From assembly GCA_903945195.1 (NCBI GenBank), contig CAJAUT010000009.1:23231-87230 (forward strand): a stretch of DNA of 64,000 bases, in the 5' to 3' direction. This DNA is from an uncultured bacterium (GTDB lineage Bacteria > Patescibacteriota > Microgenomatia > UBA1400 > UBA12108). Under the pieces are notes generated by a model that ran no database searches, was not told the origin of the DNA, and was given only the letters and a program-made list of their open reading frames with translations. The translations under genes and the position numbers were made by a program. This document shows positions 28,471-37,245 of the stretch, piece by piece; position 1 is the first letter of the stretch; each line of letters opens with the position of its first letter.

Positions 28471-29397
28471 ATGAAGATTGTAATACCAGATAAAATTGCT
28501 TTGGATGAAAAAAGCAGAGGAAAACTTGAATCTATCCCTGGAATTAAAATTTTTGACGATATTGTTAATGATCCGAAAATTATTATTGAGAGAATAAAAG
28601 ATGCCGAATTGGTTAGTGCAAATTATATCGACTTAACGGCTGAAATCATAAATTCTTCGCCAAATCTTAAATATATAATTTCCCCTGCTGTGGGATTTGA
28701 TTGGATAGATGTTGAAGCAGCAAATAAGAATGGAGTTAAAATTTTAAATTGCCCCACTTTTAATACTAGGGCCGTGGCTGAACATGCCATAGCGTTAATG
28801 TTTGCTGTAAGCCGCCAAATAGTTTTGGCCAACAATTCTATACTTGAGGGAAAATTTGATTCTACAGCATTCTTAGGAACTGAAGTTTATGGGAAAACCT
28901 TGGTGTGTGTTGGATACGGAAATATTGGTTCAAAAATTATAACTTTGGCTCAGGGATTGGGAATGATTACTGATTTTATAGATAGTACAACAAGTGATGA
29001 AGATTTTGATAAAAAAATATCAACGGCTGATGTTTTGGTTATTTCTGTCCCCCTAAACGAGAAGACCAAAGGATTGATCAATAAACATCGAATTTCGTTA
29101 TTGAAACCTAAATCTATTGTAATAAATGTAGCCAGGGGCTTGATCATAGACCAAGATGCTTTATATCAAGCTCTCGAACAAAAATTGATATATGGTGCTG
29201 GTATAGACACTTTTCCAGATGACCAAACAATTAAAATTGCAAATGAAAACATATCAAAATTTGCAAGGTTGCCTAATGTTGTATCAACACCACACATGGC
29301 CTTCAATACCGTTGAATCAATTGATAGGTTGGGTGATGAATTCCTCGCAGACATTGAGTCTTGCGTGTCGGGTAAACCCATAAACATAGTTAATTAA
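28471..29397 (+). CDS. D-isomer-specific 2-hydroxyacid dehydrogenase
   Basis: AVAEHA, GYGNIG, INVARG, TPHMA; AT-rich. Confidence 0.88.
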   Translation: MKIVIPDKIALDEKSRGKLESIPGIKIFDDIVNDPKIIIERIKDAELVSANYIDLTAEIINSSPNLKYIISPAVGFDWIDVEAANKNGVKILNCPTFNTRAVAEHAIALMFAVSRQIVLANNSILEGKFDSTAFLGTEVYGKTLVCVGYGNIGSKIITLAQGLGMITDFIDSTTSDEDFDKKISTADVLVISVPLNEKTKGLINKHRISLLKPKSIVINVARGLIIDQDALYQALEQKLIYGAGIDTFPDDQTIKIANENISKFARLPNVVSTPHMAFNTVESIDRLGDEFLADIESCVSGKPINIVN

Positions 29398-29414
29398 GAC
29401 TGTATACTCAAGAG

Positions 29415-29888
29415 ATGAAGAAGAATTTGGGATTTGGGGAGGCAATAGAGTTATATTTGCGCAAAGTGGTAGGTAGGTCTCCCCTCCCCCGCCTGCAGAA
29501 GCTATGCTTCAAGCATTGCGGGCAGGCCTGGCCGGTTATCGGGATAAGTCTAATCATCATAGTGTTTGGAGTTTCTTTAAAGTACTCAAAAGATTCGGTG
29601 GTGGGAGCTAGAAATATCAAAGATGTGGTCGAAGTGGCGGCGAGGCGTGGCGATTATGCTACTGCCAGATTTTTGTGGGATGATTCGATGAGTGATCTAG
29701 AAGACATGGTATATCCTGAAAGAAAGATCACCAAGAGAATTGAGGAACTCACACAAAATCTAGAAATGTACCCTGAAAGCAGAGAGATATACCAAACAAT
29801 AGCGGAGCTATATAAACAGATTGGGAATGAAGAAAAAGTTCAAGAATATAGAGAAAGAGCGAGGATTTTGGATCCGAATGAACTTTAG
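29415..29888 (+). CDS. Membrane-anchored TPR-like protein with in-frame hairpin insert
   Basis: TM then C-terminal TPR-like helices ending ILDPN; GCCTGC...GCAGGC hairpin 29491-29527. Confidence 0.6.
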   Translation: MKKNLGFGEAIELYLRKVVGRSPLPRLQKLCFKHCGQAWPVIGISLIIIVFGVSLKYSKDSVVGARNIKDVVEVAARRGDYATARFLWDDSMSDLEDMVYPERKITKRIEELTQNLEMYPESREIYQTIAELYKQIGNEEKVQEYRERARILDPNEL

Positions 29889-29896
29889 TACCAATA

Positions 29897-29981
29897 AGGT
29901 CTGACCTGGTCTCCTGATTGTGTTTTGAAGTCGACTAAACATCCTTCGGCAAGCTCAGGATTTCCTTAGCAGGTCAGACCT
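29897..29981 (+). repeat. Type A cassette copy A2 (internal CCTTCGGCAAGCTCAGG module)
   Basis: AGGTCTGACC-tggtctcctgattgtgttttgaagtcgactaaac-atccttcggcaagctcaggat-ttccttagc-AGGTCAGACCT. Confidence 0.9.
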
Positions 29982-29999
29982 TCAGGACAATTACTCTTT

Positions 30000-30018
30000 T
30001 CCTTCGACAAGCTCAGGA
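30000..30018 (+). repeat. Stand-alone CCTTCGACAAGCTCAGG REP-like element
   Basis: TCCTTCGACAAGCTCAGGA immediately after the rplY stop. Confidence 0.7.
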
Positions 30019-30019
30019 T

Positions 30020-30679
30020 CTATGATTTGGCTTCAGGAGCAGCGGCTTCTGGTTTGGCTTCACCTTCTGCAGGAGCAGCCTCACCTTCAGCAACTGGAGC
30101 GGCTTCGACAACCTCTTCTTTGGCTGGCTCTTGGACGGTGGCGATGAGTTCTTCATCTTCGATCATGAGAGTCACCTTGGAGCGATCTATCTTTAGATCT
30201 TTAGCGTGGATGCCGTCGCCTAGGGCTTTGAGGACTGAGATGTCGACTTCGATAGAGTCTGGGAGATCGGTTGGGAGAGCTTCGACTTCGACTTCGTTCT
30301 TCATCATGGCTAGGATGAGGCCGCCAGACACAGCTTCGGATTCACCCACGGCGTGTAGAGGTACGGTCGCGGTGGTCTTTTGCTTCAAGTCAACTTCGTG
30401 AAAATCAACGTGGAGCATTTTGCCAAAGACTGGGTCTTGAGCGTAACCAGAAACTAGAACTGGATGAGCTTTGTCGTCACCTTTGACTTTGAGGTGGATG
30501 AGACCAGTTTCACCAGCTTTGCGCATGGTGTCTAGGAGGATATTGCTCTCGAGTTCGATGGCAATGGAGTCCATTTTTTTGCCGAAGATATTGGCTGGGA
30601 CTAGACCTTTATTTCTGAGCTGTTTGGTCTTGCGGCCAAATAAGGTTCTTTTTGCTGCGTTTAGTTCAAAAGTTGTCAT
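30020..30679 (-). CDS. rplY: 50S ribosomal protein L25/Ctc
   Basis: KQLRNKGLVPANIFG, HVDFHEV, EALPTDLP, acidic Ala-rich tail. Confidence 0.95.
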   Translation of the reverse strand: MTTFELNAAKRTLFGRKTKQLRNKGLVPANIFGKKMDSIAIELESNILLDTMRKAGETGLIHLKVKGDDKAHPVLVSGYAQDPVFGKMLHVDFHEVDLKQKTTATVPLHAVGESEAVSGGLILAMMKNEVEVEALPTDLPDSIEVDISVLKALGDGIHAKDLKIDRSKVTLMIEDEELIATVQEPAKEEVVEAAPVAEGEAAPAEGEAKPEAAAPEAKS

Positions 30680-30725
30680 AGGTCCTCCAAGTTATGTATT
30701 GTGGCGTGATTATACCAGATTCGAG

Positions 30726-33512
30726 TTATTTGGTGAATTTCACGGTTATTCTATGATCTGTGTCGTTTTTCATGTCAAATTTGAGCTGCTGGGTGGAGAT
30801 GTCGCTTGCGGGTGAGACTACGGCAGGACTTAGATACATAGGATAGTTTAGATAAACGGTGAGACCGTCTTTGCTAGAAGTGCCAGACTGCTTTTGGTAA
30901 TACCACGTATAAAGAGGTGCGTCTCCACCTGGGATTTGGGGGGTCGTATAGGCAACTTCAACTAAGGATTTACTAGAGATGGGGACAGTGAAGAGATAGG
31001 CTACGACTGTTTTATTGTGTTCGACACTTAATGTGTAGTCTTTGTTTTCGAGAGTTTTGCCGTCTATTTTGATTGTGGCAATACTTGATCCCTCTGGGAG
31101 GTAGAGTCTCTGGTAGTTTTTGTAGGCACCAGCTGGCCAGGCAGTAGAAGTAGAGGAGTTTTCGTAGGCGATACGTAAGGTGTGGGAAACGGTTAAGTTT
31201 TTCTCTAGAGTGATGACGGCTTCGATATTTCTTTTGATAAAGAAGTTGGCTTTGTTGACTCCAAAATTGCTGTCTACGACCATGGCATAGTCTTTGTAGC
31301 ATCCTAAAGTACTTGGACACGGGAGATCATTGATCTTGCCGTTCCAACCTAAGGTTTCAAAGATCTGATCGGAAGAGGGATTGACTAGGGAAATGAGCGT
31401 GTTTTTTTCTTCAACTGAGGTGGTGAGGGCGTTTAACAATTGCATCCCCTGCCCTCCTTCTAGCTCTGGCAGTTTGGCAAAGAGAGTGTTGGCTACGGTG
31501 CTTAAGAATTCTTTTTTCTGGGTGCTGCCTGGGAAGAAATTGACCTCGGCGTGGAACTGAGCTCTTTCGTAGAGATTGTCGGCCGTAATCGTCTCGTCGT
31601 AGTCGGCAATTTTTAGCGGCCCGGTGGCGCTAAGCAAACTAGAGAGTGTGTTTACGTTTACGGCGATGGTGCCATCTAGATCTAGATTCAGAGTCTTTTT
31701 CATGAACCATTCTGCACGACGGGCGCTTGTGGGAAAATCGGGATCAAAGTTACTATCTCTTAGATACCAATTAGCTTCACCCAAGATGTCTTTGATGGGC
31801 TTTGGGGGTTCTACGTGCCCTTTTAGTTGGCCGTCGGCATCATAAACGTCGTAGATAGGCATGTCATAAAGCTTGCCGTTTTCGAAGCTCAAGACAGCAA
31901 AGGAACCGATGAAACCGCCCGTGGCGCGAAGTTCCATGTTGTTTTGGAATAGAACTGCATATTTGCGCCGACCTCCCAACCCGATAATGTCTGGAGTAGA
32001 AGCCAAGACGGCACGCGAGGTAGTGATGGTGCGCTTGAGAGTAGAGATTTTTGCTTTGGTATTTTTGTAGGAATCTGCATATTTTGTGGGAATAATACTG
32101 GGCATAGTTTGTGGCATAGAACCATCTAGAAGTGAGAGTTTTTGATAAAGCTCTTCGGCTTGTAGGCGTGAAAGGCTAATGACTTGGGCTATGTCTGTTT
32201 CGCCGCTGCCAAAAATATATTTTGATAAACGAGAAGTTGTGCCACTCAATTTGCGCGCTGTATCAAACACTTCTAGTGATTGGACATAAACATCTAAAAG
32301 TAGACCAACCTCCCCTACTTTGGTGTTTTTGGACAAACTCGCGGCAGAAGTGAATGCAATCCAGTTGGCTCTCGTATACGATACGCAAAAACTATTTAGC
32401 TTGCTAGGAGAAGGGAGTTCTTTTTTGATTATCACTTGGTAAATGTTTTTTAGAGACAACATTGATATCGTAGTGGTAAAAGCTATGGTTCCCAAATAAA
32501 GCCCAATTGCAATAAATAGACCCCTGGTAATTATGGTTTTAATACTTGGAGGGCCGGTTTTTGTGGTCTTTTTGGGGAAATGAATACCTAGAGATATTTT
32601 TGGTAATTTGCGCCTATTTTGAAGTGGTACAAAGACGGCGCTTGGGGCTTTTAATGGAGTTAGTTTTTTTAATGGTGCAAAGACCTCTTTTGGAACTTCT
32701 AGTTTTGGCAATGGTGAACTAGAAGCTGGCACTGATTCTTTGACCACTGTGGGTGTTGGGTTAGCTTGTGCCACTATGGGTGTGAGTGATTTGAAAAAAT
32801 TCTTTATATATACTTCTGGATTTTCGACAAGTGTATATTTTAAGTTTTTTATAGTCTCTTCGTAGACCTTGCCATCAAACTCCCCTCCCCCATCTCCACC
32901 ATTTATAAATTTGAGATCAATTTTGAATGAGAGACTGGTTCGCACTAAATACGCCAAATTCAAGATCGAAGTACCTGATGGATTGCCTAGTAAAAAGGTG
33001 CTTTCTTCTCTAGAAGGCAATAGTATTGCCTGTACAATAAGTTGTCCTAGATCCTTGATCCCAAGTAGACTAATCTCGTCTAACCCATCTCCCATTATCT
33101 CTATCGTTTTGTTTTTGGTGACGCTTGAAATCCAAGACTCTAACAAACTAGACTCGTACTCCCCTTCTCCCACATAGTCGCTATAGACAATCTTTGTTGA
33201 AGTTGGAGACAGCGCGGAGTCCGAAATTTTTTCTGAGTGATGCCTAATGCGGATTAATTTTGACTCACCAGACGTAACTAAAGTATTTATAGTACTTTCG
33301 AAAATTTTTTTTTCATAACCTTCAAAAACTAGGATAAAGTCCAGATCATGAGAGTCTCTTAAAGTTTCTACCTGTTCGTGTGAAACTGGAGAAATAGCCG
33401 TGATTCCATGAGCTTTTAAAACATTGATAATCCCCTCTTTTAGATCTGAAGGTCCACCAAAAATCAAGGTCCCCTGTTCCCTAGTTTCTACTGTAAATGA
33501 ACGAGATGTCAT
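30726..33512 (-). CDS. DUF4012-domain membrane protein
   Basis: FQNNMELRATGGFIGS, WYLRDSNFDPDFP, NFGVNKAN, YKNYQRLYLP, YQKQSG. Confidence 0.8.
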   Translation of the reverse strand: MTSRSFTVETREQGTLIFGGPSDLKEGIINVLKAHGITAISPVSHEQVETLRDSHDLDFILVFEGYEKKIFESTINTLVTSGESKLIRIRHHSEKISDSALSPTSTKIVYSDYVGEGEYESSLLESWISSVTKNKTIEIMGDGLDEISLLGIKDLGQLIVQAILLPSREESTFLLGNPSGTSILNLAYLVRTSLSFKIDLKFINGGDGGGEFDGKVYEETIKNLKYTLVENPEVYIKNFFKSLTPIVAQANPTPTVVKESVPASSSPLPKLEVPKEVFAPLKKLTPLKAPSAVFVPLQNRRKLPKISLGIHFPKKTTKTGPPSIKTIITRGLFIAIGLYLGTIAFTTTISMLSLKNIYQVIIKKELPSPSKLNSFCVSYTRANWIAFTSAASLSKNTKVGEVGLLLDVYVQSLEVFDTARKLSGTTSRLSKYIFGSGETDIAQVISLSRLQAEELYQKLSLLDGSMPQTMPSIIPTKYADSYKNTKAKISTLKRTITTSRAVLASTPDIIGLGGRRKYAVLFQNNMELRATGGFIGSFAVLSFENGKLYDMPIYDVYDADGQLKGHVEPPKPIKDILGEANWYLRDSNFDPDFPTSARRAEWFMKKTLNLDLDGTIAVNVNTLSSLLSATGPLKIADYDETITADNLYERAQFHAEVNFFPGSTQKKEFLSTVANTLFAKLPELEGGQGMQLLNALTTSVEEKNTLISLVNPSSDQIFETLGWNGKINDLPCPSTLGCYKDYAMVVDSNFGVNKANFFIKRNIEAVITLEKNLTVSHTLRIAYENSSTSTAWPAGAYKNYQRLYLPEGSSIATIKIDGKTLENKDYTLSVEHNKTVVAYLFTVPISSKSLVEVAYTTPQIPGGDAPLYTWYYQKQSGTSSKDGLTVYLNYPMYLSPAVVSPASDISTQQLKFDMKNDTDHRITVKFTK

Positions 33513-33731
33513 ACATCAATCCTAACACGTTAAGACATCTAGAATGAAGACAAATACTAATGTTTTTACGTTTTTATTGTGCGTTTCTTCCAGGCCTGTA
33601 TATATGTTTTTCCCTCTGTTTGTGTTCTTACGTTTTTTTGCACGTTATTGTTTGATACGAAAAATCCACGATTTAAGCCTTAAAAATGCCATATTTGTTT
33701 AGCTGGAAATCAAATTAAAAATTTGGGAAAT

Positions 33732-34187
33732 TTACTGTTGTGCATCTAACGCTTCGTTTACAAGTCCGTCGGCAACTGAGTTACCCTCTCTATAGGTATG
33801 GGAAATCTCATATTTTTTTAGCGTGGCCAGAAGCTTTTTTACTTCTAGATATTTTGGCAACAAACCAGGGTTTTTCACTTTAAACAGCCCTTTTATTTGG
33901 TTTACGATGAGGAGTGAGTCCATTTTTATGACCAGTTCGGCTTCTGGCTCGTTGTCTACCACCCATTTCACTCCGTGCAATAGTGCTTCGTACTCTGCAA
34001 TATTATTGGTGGTAATGCCGATATATTTACCGCATTTTTCCAGAATCATTCCTGCACCAGAGGTCGCTGAGGCTCCCACTGTGGCAGGCAGGCCCGCACC
34101 AGAGGTAATATCTTGGATAACATAACCATAAGCGGCAGGGCCTGGATTGCCGCGTGAGCCCCCGTCAGTGTTTAAGAGTAGTTTCAT
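33732..34187 (-). CDS. rnhA: Ribonuclease HI
   Basis: TDGGSRGNPGPA, TTNNIAEYEA, DSLL, REGNSVADGLVN; 14-codon insert. Confidence 0.92.
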   Translation of the reverse strand: MKLLLNTDGGSRGNPGPAAYGYVIQDITSGAGLPATVGASATSGAGMILEKCGKYIGITTNNIAEYEALLHGVKWVVDNEPEAELVIKMDSLLIVNQIKGLFKVKNPGLLPKYLEVKKLLATLKKYEISHTYREGNSVADGLVNEALDAQQ

Positions 34188-35397
34188 GGGAAAAGTATAA
34201 CAGAGCGAGGACTAGAAATCCCTCGGTTAGTCCGGTATTTATGGCTGCGGCAATGGCTCCATAAGAGGGGATTAATAGCAGATTGAGGTTGGCGTTGAGA
34301 ACTGCTCCAGAGATATAGATCCCTAAAACTAGCTTGTCTTTTTTTTGACCGATGAGATTCCACATCAGTGGGGCGGTGATGTAGAAGAGGGGAAGGGAGA
34401 GAGATAAAATGCGCAGAACATTTGAGGAGAGATCCATGCCGGGTCGGACTAGATTGACCAGGGGAGAGGAGATCCAAAGTAGAGCAGCAACAAAAATACC
34501 AATTATGGCGAGAGTTTTAGTTGTTTGAGAGATTAGTTTTGCGCGGTATTTTTGCTGAGACTCCTGCATAGAGATGGGATATATCACGTTCATGACAAAC
34601 ACAGGAAGAACTAAGATGACATCAAAAATGCGATATGCAAAGCCATACTGACCAACTTCGCTCGAGAGGCGATAGACTCCTAGGATTATGGTGTCGATTT
34701 TGCTGGCTATCACACTGGCGATAATGATTAGGCCCAGAGTGAGAGAGCGACGAATAAGTAATAGAATGGGCTGCAAAGTTCCGATCACTCGCCTAAAATC
34801 GCGCAAGGATCGGAACTCAAGCGACAAAAGACAAATTGAACAAATAGCCATGGTGAGGTAGCCCAAGGTGTTGGCTAAAACCAGATAGGGGAGAGTGGGG
34901 GAGTAGCGCAAATAATATAGCGTCAGACCTGTCCCAACCAGAGAACCTATTACCACTGAGATTGTGGATTTCCAGTATGAGAGCTTGTATTGAAACCAAG
35001 AGTTGCCAGAGGTATAAAGACCCTGAAAAATGATGGCTAAGCTGCCCAACCAAAAGACTGACTTTACCTCCGAGGAATAACCTCCTGGCAAAGCTAAAAT
35101 AACCAAATTCAAAACCCCAATAACCAAGAGGGAAAGGAATATCCTGGCTAAGATAATTTTATAAACATGCTGCTGCATTTCTGAGTCGTTTTTGGAGGAG
35201 CGAATGCCTTCTGCATTTAAGCCAAAATCGATAGCTGTAAAGCCAACCGCCACCAAGACTAAAATTCTAGTTAAATCCCCATAAAGCTCGAGCCCTGCCA
35301 GGCGGATAGTGAAGTAGGTGGTAATGAGGGTGAGGCCAGCGCCAAAGAACTTGGCTACTAGCTGAGCGAAAGTGTTGCTAGCGATTTTTTTGAGCAT
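34165..35397 (-). CDS. Wzx-like polysaccharide flippase
   Basis: KIASNT, DFGL, KIDTIILG, VGQYGFAYRI, NLLLIPSYGAIAAA. Confidence 0.85.
   Translation of the reverse strand: MLKKIASNTFAQLVAKFFGAGLTLITTYFTIRLAGLELYGDLTRILVLVAVGFTAIDFGLNAEGIRSSKNDSEMQQHVYKIILARIFLSLLVIGVLNLVILALPGGYSSEVKSVFWLGSLAIIFQGLYTSGNSWFQYKLSYWKSTISVVIGSLVGTGLTLYYLRYSPTLPYLVLANTLGYLTMAICSICLLSLEFRSLRDFRRVIGTLQPILLLIRRSLTLGLIIIASVIASKIDTIILGVYRLSSEVGQYGFAYRIFDVILVLPVFVMNVIYPISMQESQQKYRAKLISQTTKTLAIIGIFVAALLWISSPLVNLVRPGMDLSSNVLRILSLSLPLFYITAPLMWNLIGQKKDKLVLGIYISGAVLNANLNLLLIPSYGAIAAAINTGLTEGFLVLALLYFSHETTLKH
34777..34817 (+). repeat. 41-nt palindromic element, type C, copy 2 (in flippase)
   Basis: AGTTCCGATC-actcgcctaaaatcgcgcaag-GATCGGAACT. 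Confidence 0.85.
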
Positions 35398-36865
35398 GAA
35401 TGTAGTTTAGCACTGGGGATGACGTTGATAGATATAGCATAAGAATAAACATCCCCTGGGGGGAGGTGAGGAGGTAATGGTCGAAGAGGAGAAGGGGAAG
35501 GATGGGGAAGAATACTTTGAGGGTCTGACCCGGTCTCCAGATTGTATTTTGAAGTCGACTAAACATCTTGGCTGATAGCCAGGATTTCCTTAGCGGGTCA
35601 GACCCTGAGAGCAGGGCGAAAACTCCAAAAATGCCAAACCAAGATAAGAATAATGTGAAAGAGTTGTGGTCGGGCTGTAGTAGGCGGACTGAGGAATCGA
35701 CGCTGGGATAGGTAGAAATACTACTTTGGGCTCCGGTGCCAAAGACTGGAAATGAGCGAGCTACAGAAAAGGAGAGATTCTGCAAAGTGATGCGTCCTGA
35801 GCTTGAGAGATCACTGCGGGGAGGAATGATTAGAGATGGTAGATAGTAGGTCGTAGATAAAATGACTACGAAGTATATGAGTGAATATTTAATATTTTTA
35901 ATTAAATAGAAGGGAATGATGATCCCAAATAGAGAGATGGCGGCTGAGCGAGACTGAGTAAGGATGACAAGTAACACCACTGGAATCAGGAGTACCCATA
36001 GGGTCTGACCCGGTCTCCAGATTGTATTTTGAAGTCGACTAAACATCTTGGCTATTGGCCATGATTTCCTTAGCGGGTCAGACCCTTTGGCTGCAGGGTA
36101 CAACTGTAGAATTATTAGCAAACTAATTACGGCGTAACCTGCGAGAACGTTGGGGTGGGAAAAGGTGCCATAGGCTCTAAGTACGACTTGATCCATAAAT
36201 GAGCCTAGGGCGATGCCAGGAGAGCCCACAGATACCATCCGCTCGCCTAGGTAGTACATAATCCCGCCGACATAGTGACCTAGGTAGACTTGGGCCACTG
36301 CGAGGGTGGTTTGGAAGAAAAGGGAGAGGGTGAAGGCGAGAGGAATCACATAGGTTGCAACTGTAGGGTCTGACCCGGTCTCACGGCTTGTTTTTGAGGT
36401 TCGACTAAACATCTTGGCCGTTGGCCAGGATCTCCTTAGCGGGTCAGACCCTTGGGGCGAGAACGTGGCTGCAAAGAACAAAAAATACAAAAGGAAGTGG
36501 AGAGACCAGGAGAGAGTGGCGAGGGGATTCTGAGAGTAGAGGAGGTTGACTAATAATATGGGAGAAATCGCACCTATAGGGTCTGACCTTCCCGCCTTTG
36601 AGTCTGCGGGTTGGGCTCTTCCTTTAAGGTCAGACCCTTTAATCGCAAAGAACAAGATAATTAACAAGTCTAGGAAGTAAAGGGTGGGGGAGAGATAGTC
36701 GATGCGAATGCCGTAGACCAGGGTAGAACTAGGCCAGAAATGGAGACCAAACTGAGTGGCACCAAAAAAGATGATAAGGACGGCTAAATACTTAGACAGT
36801 TTTGAGAGAGATGAAGAGCCTTCTGTCTTGACCGTGGCCGTCTGAGTAACTCGTGAATTCTGCAT
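35378..36865 (-). CDS. O-antigen ligase (Wzy_C)-like membrane protein with four in-frame cassettes
   Basis: RAYGTFSHPNVLAG, TQSRSA, FGTG, QPDHNSF, LFDHY; start uncertain (overlaps jag by 74 nt). Confidence 0.8.
   Translation of the reverse strand: MQNSRVTQTATVKTEGSSSLSKLSKYLAVLIIFFGATQFGLHFWPSSTLVYGIRIDYLSPTLYFLDLLIILFFAIKGSDLKGRAQPADSKAGRSDPIGAISPILLVNLLYSQNPLATLSWSLHFLLYFLFFAATFSPQGSDPLRRSWPTAKMFSRTSKTSRETGSDPTVATYVIPLAFTLSLFFQTTLAVAQVYLGHYVGGIMYYLGERMVSVGSPGIALGSFMDQVVLRAYGTFSHPNVLAGYAVISLLIILQLYPAAKGSDPLRKSWPIAKMFSRLQNTIWRPGQTLWVLLIPVVLLVILTQSRSAAISLFGIIIPFYLIKNIKYSLIYFVVILSTTYYLPSLIIPPRSDLSSSGRITLQNLSFSVARSFPVFGTGAQSSISTYPSVDSSVRLLQPDHNSFTLFLSWFGIFGVFALLSGSDPLRKSWLSAKMFSRLQNTIWRPGQTLKVFFPILPLLLFDHYLLTSPQGMFILMLYLSTSSPVLNYIHAQKNR
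35521..35605 (+). repeat. Type A cassette copy A3
   Basis: GGGTCTGACCC...atcttggctgatagccaggat...GGGTCAGACCC. Confidence 0.9.
36001..36085 (+). repeat. Type A cassette copy A4
   Basis: Near-identical to A3. Confidence 0.9.
36366..36451 (+). repeat. Type A cassette copy A5
   Basis: Diverged, 1 nt longer; same terminal palindromes. Confidence 0.88.
36579..36637 (+). repeat. Type B cassette copy B3
   Basis: GGGTCTGACC-ttcccgcctttgagtctgcgggttgggc...-GGTCAGACCC. Confidence 0.88.
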
Positions 36866-37244
36866 CGTCTTGAATCATCAAGTGAACTTGACGACGCTCG
36901 GTCGAAGATAGAGGAGGGAGGACACAAGGAGCACCGGTTGATTTAACTTGGTTTTTAGCATTTTCGACCATGGTCTCTAGGGTCCCCATGCGACGCTGCC
37001 TATAACCAGCTACATCTAAGAGAACATGTTTGTGGACTTCACCGCGGTTTAGCATGAGAGAAATGATCAGCTGAAGTGAGTCTAGGGTAGAGGCAAAACG
37101 ACCGATCAGGCGTCCAGCATCTAGTTCGTCCATTTGGACGGTGATTTTGACTAGTTCGTCGGTTTCTTCGATCTTGATTTGGTCGCTTGTTATATCAAAA
37201 AGAGCTAGTAGCTCTTCTATTTTTTTCATGTCTTCTGGATTCAT
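36792..37244 (-). CDS. jag: Jag/KhpB RNA-binding protein (KH + R3H, no Jag N-domain)
   Basis: GRLIGR..TLDSLQ, LDVAGYR, ERRQVH; downstream of yidC. Confidence 0.85.
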   Translation of the reverse strand: MNPEDMKKIEELLALFDITSDQIKIEETDELVKITVQMDELDAGRLIGRFASTLDSLQLIISLMLNRGEVHKHVLLDVAGYRQRRMGTLETMVENAKNQVKSTGAPCVLPPLSSTERRQVHLMIQDDAEFTSYSDGHGQDRRLFISLKTV

Positions 37245-37245
37245 A

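Noticed and set aside
33540-33730. T-rich intergenic tract with (C/T)GTTTTT units
   Set aside because: Irregular low-complexity sequence; no consistent period, dyad or ORF
35521-36637. Clustered near-identical repeats as a CRISPR array
   Set aside because: Units are 59-86 nt with irregular 130-400 nt gaps that are coding sequence; no cas genes; copies are dispersed elsewhere
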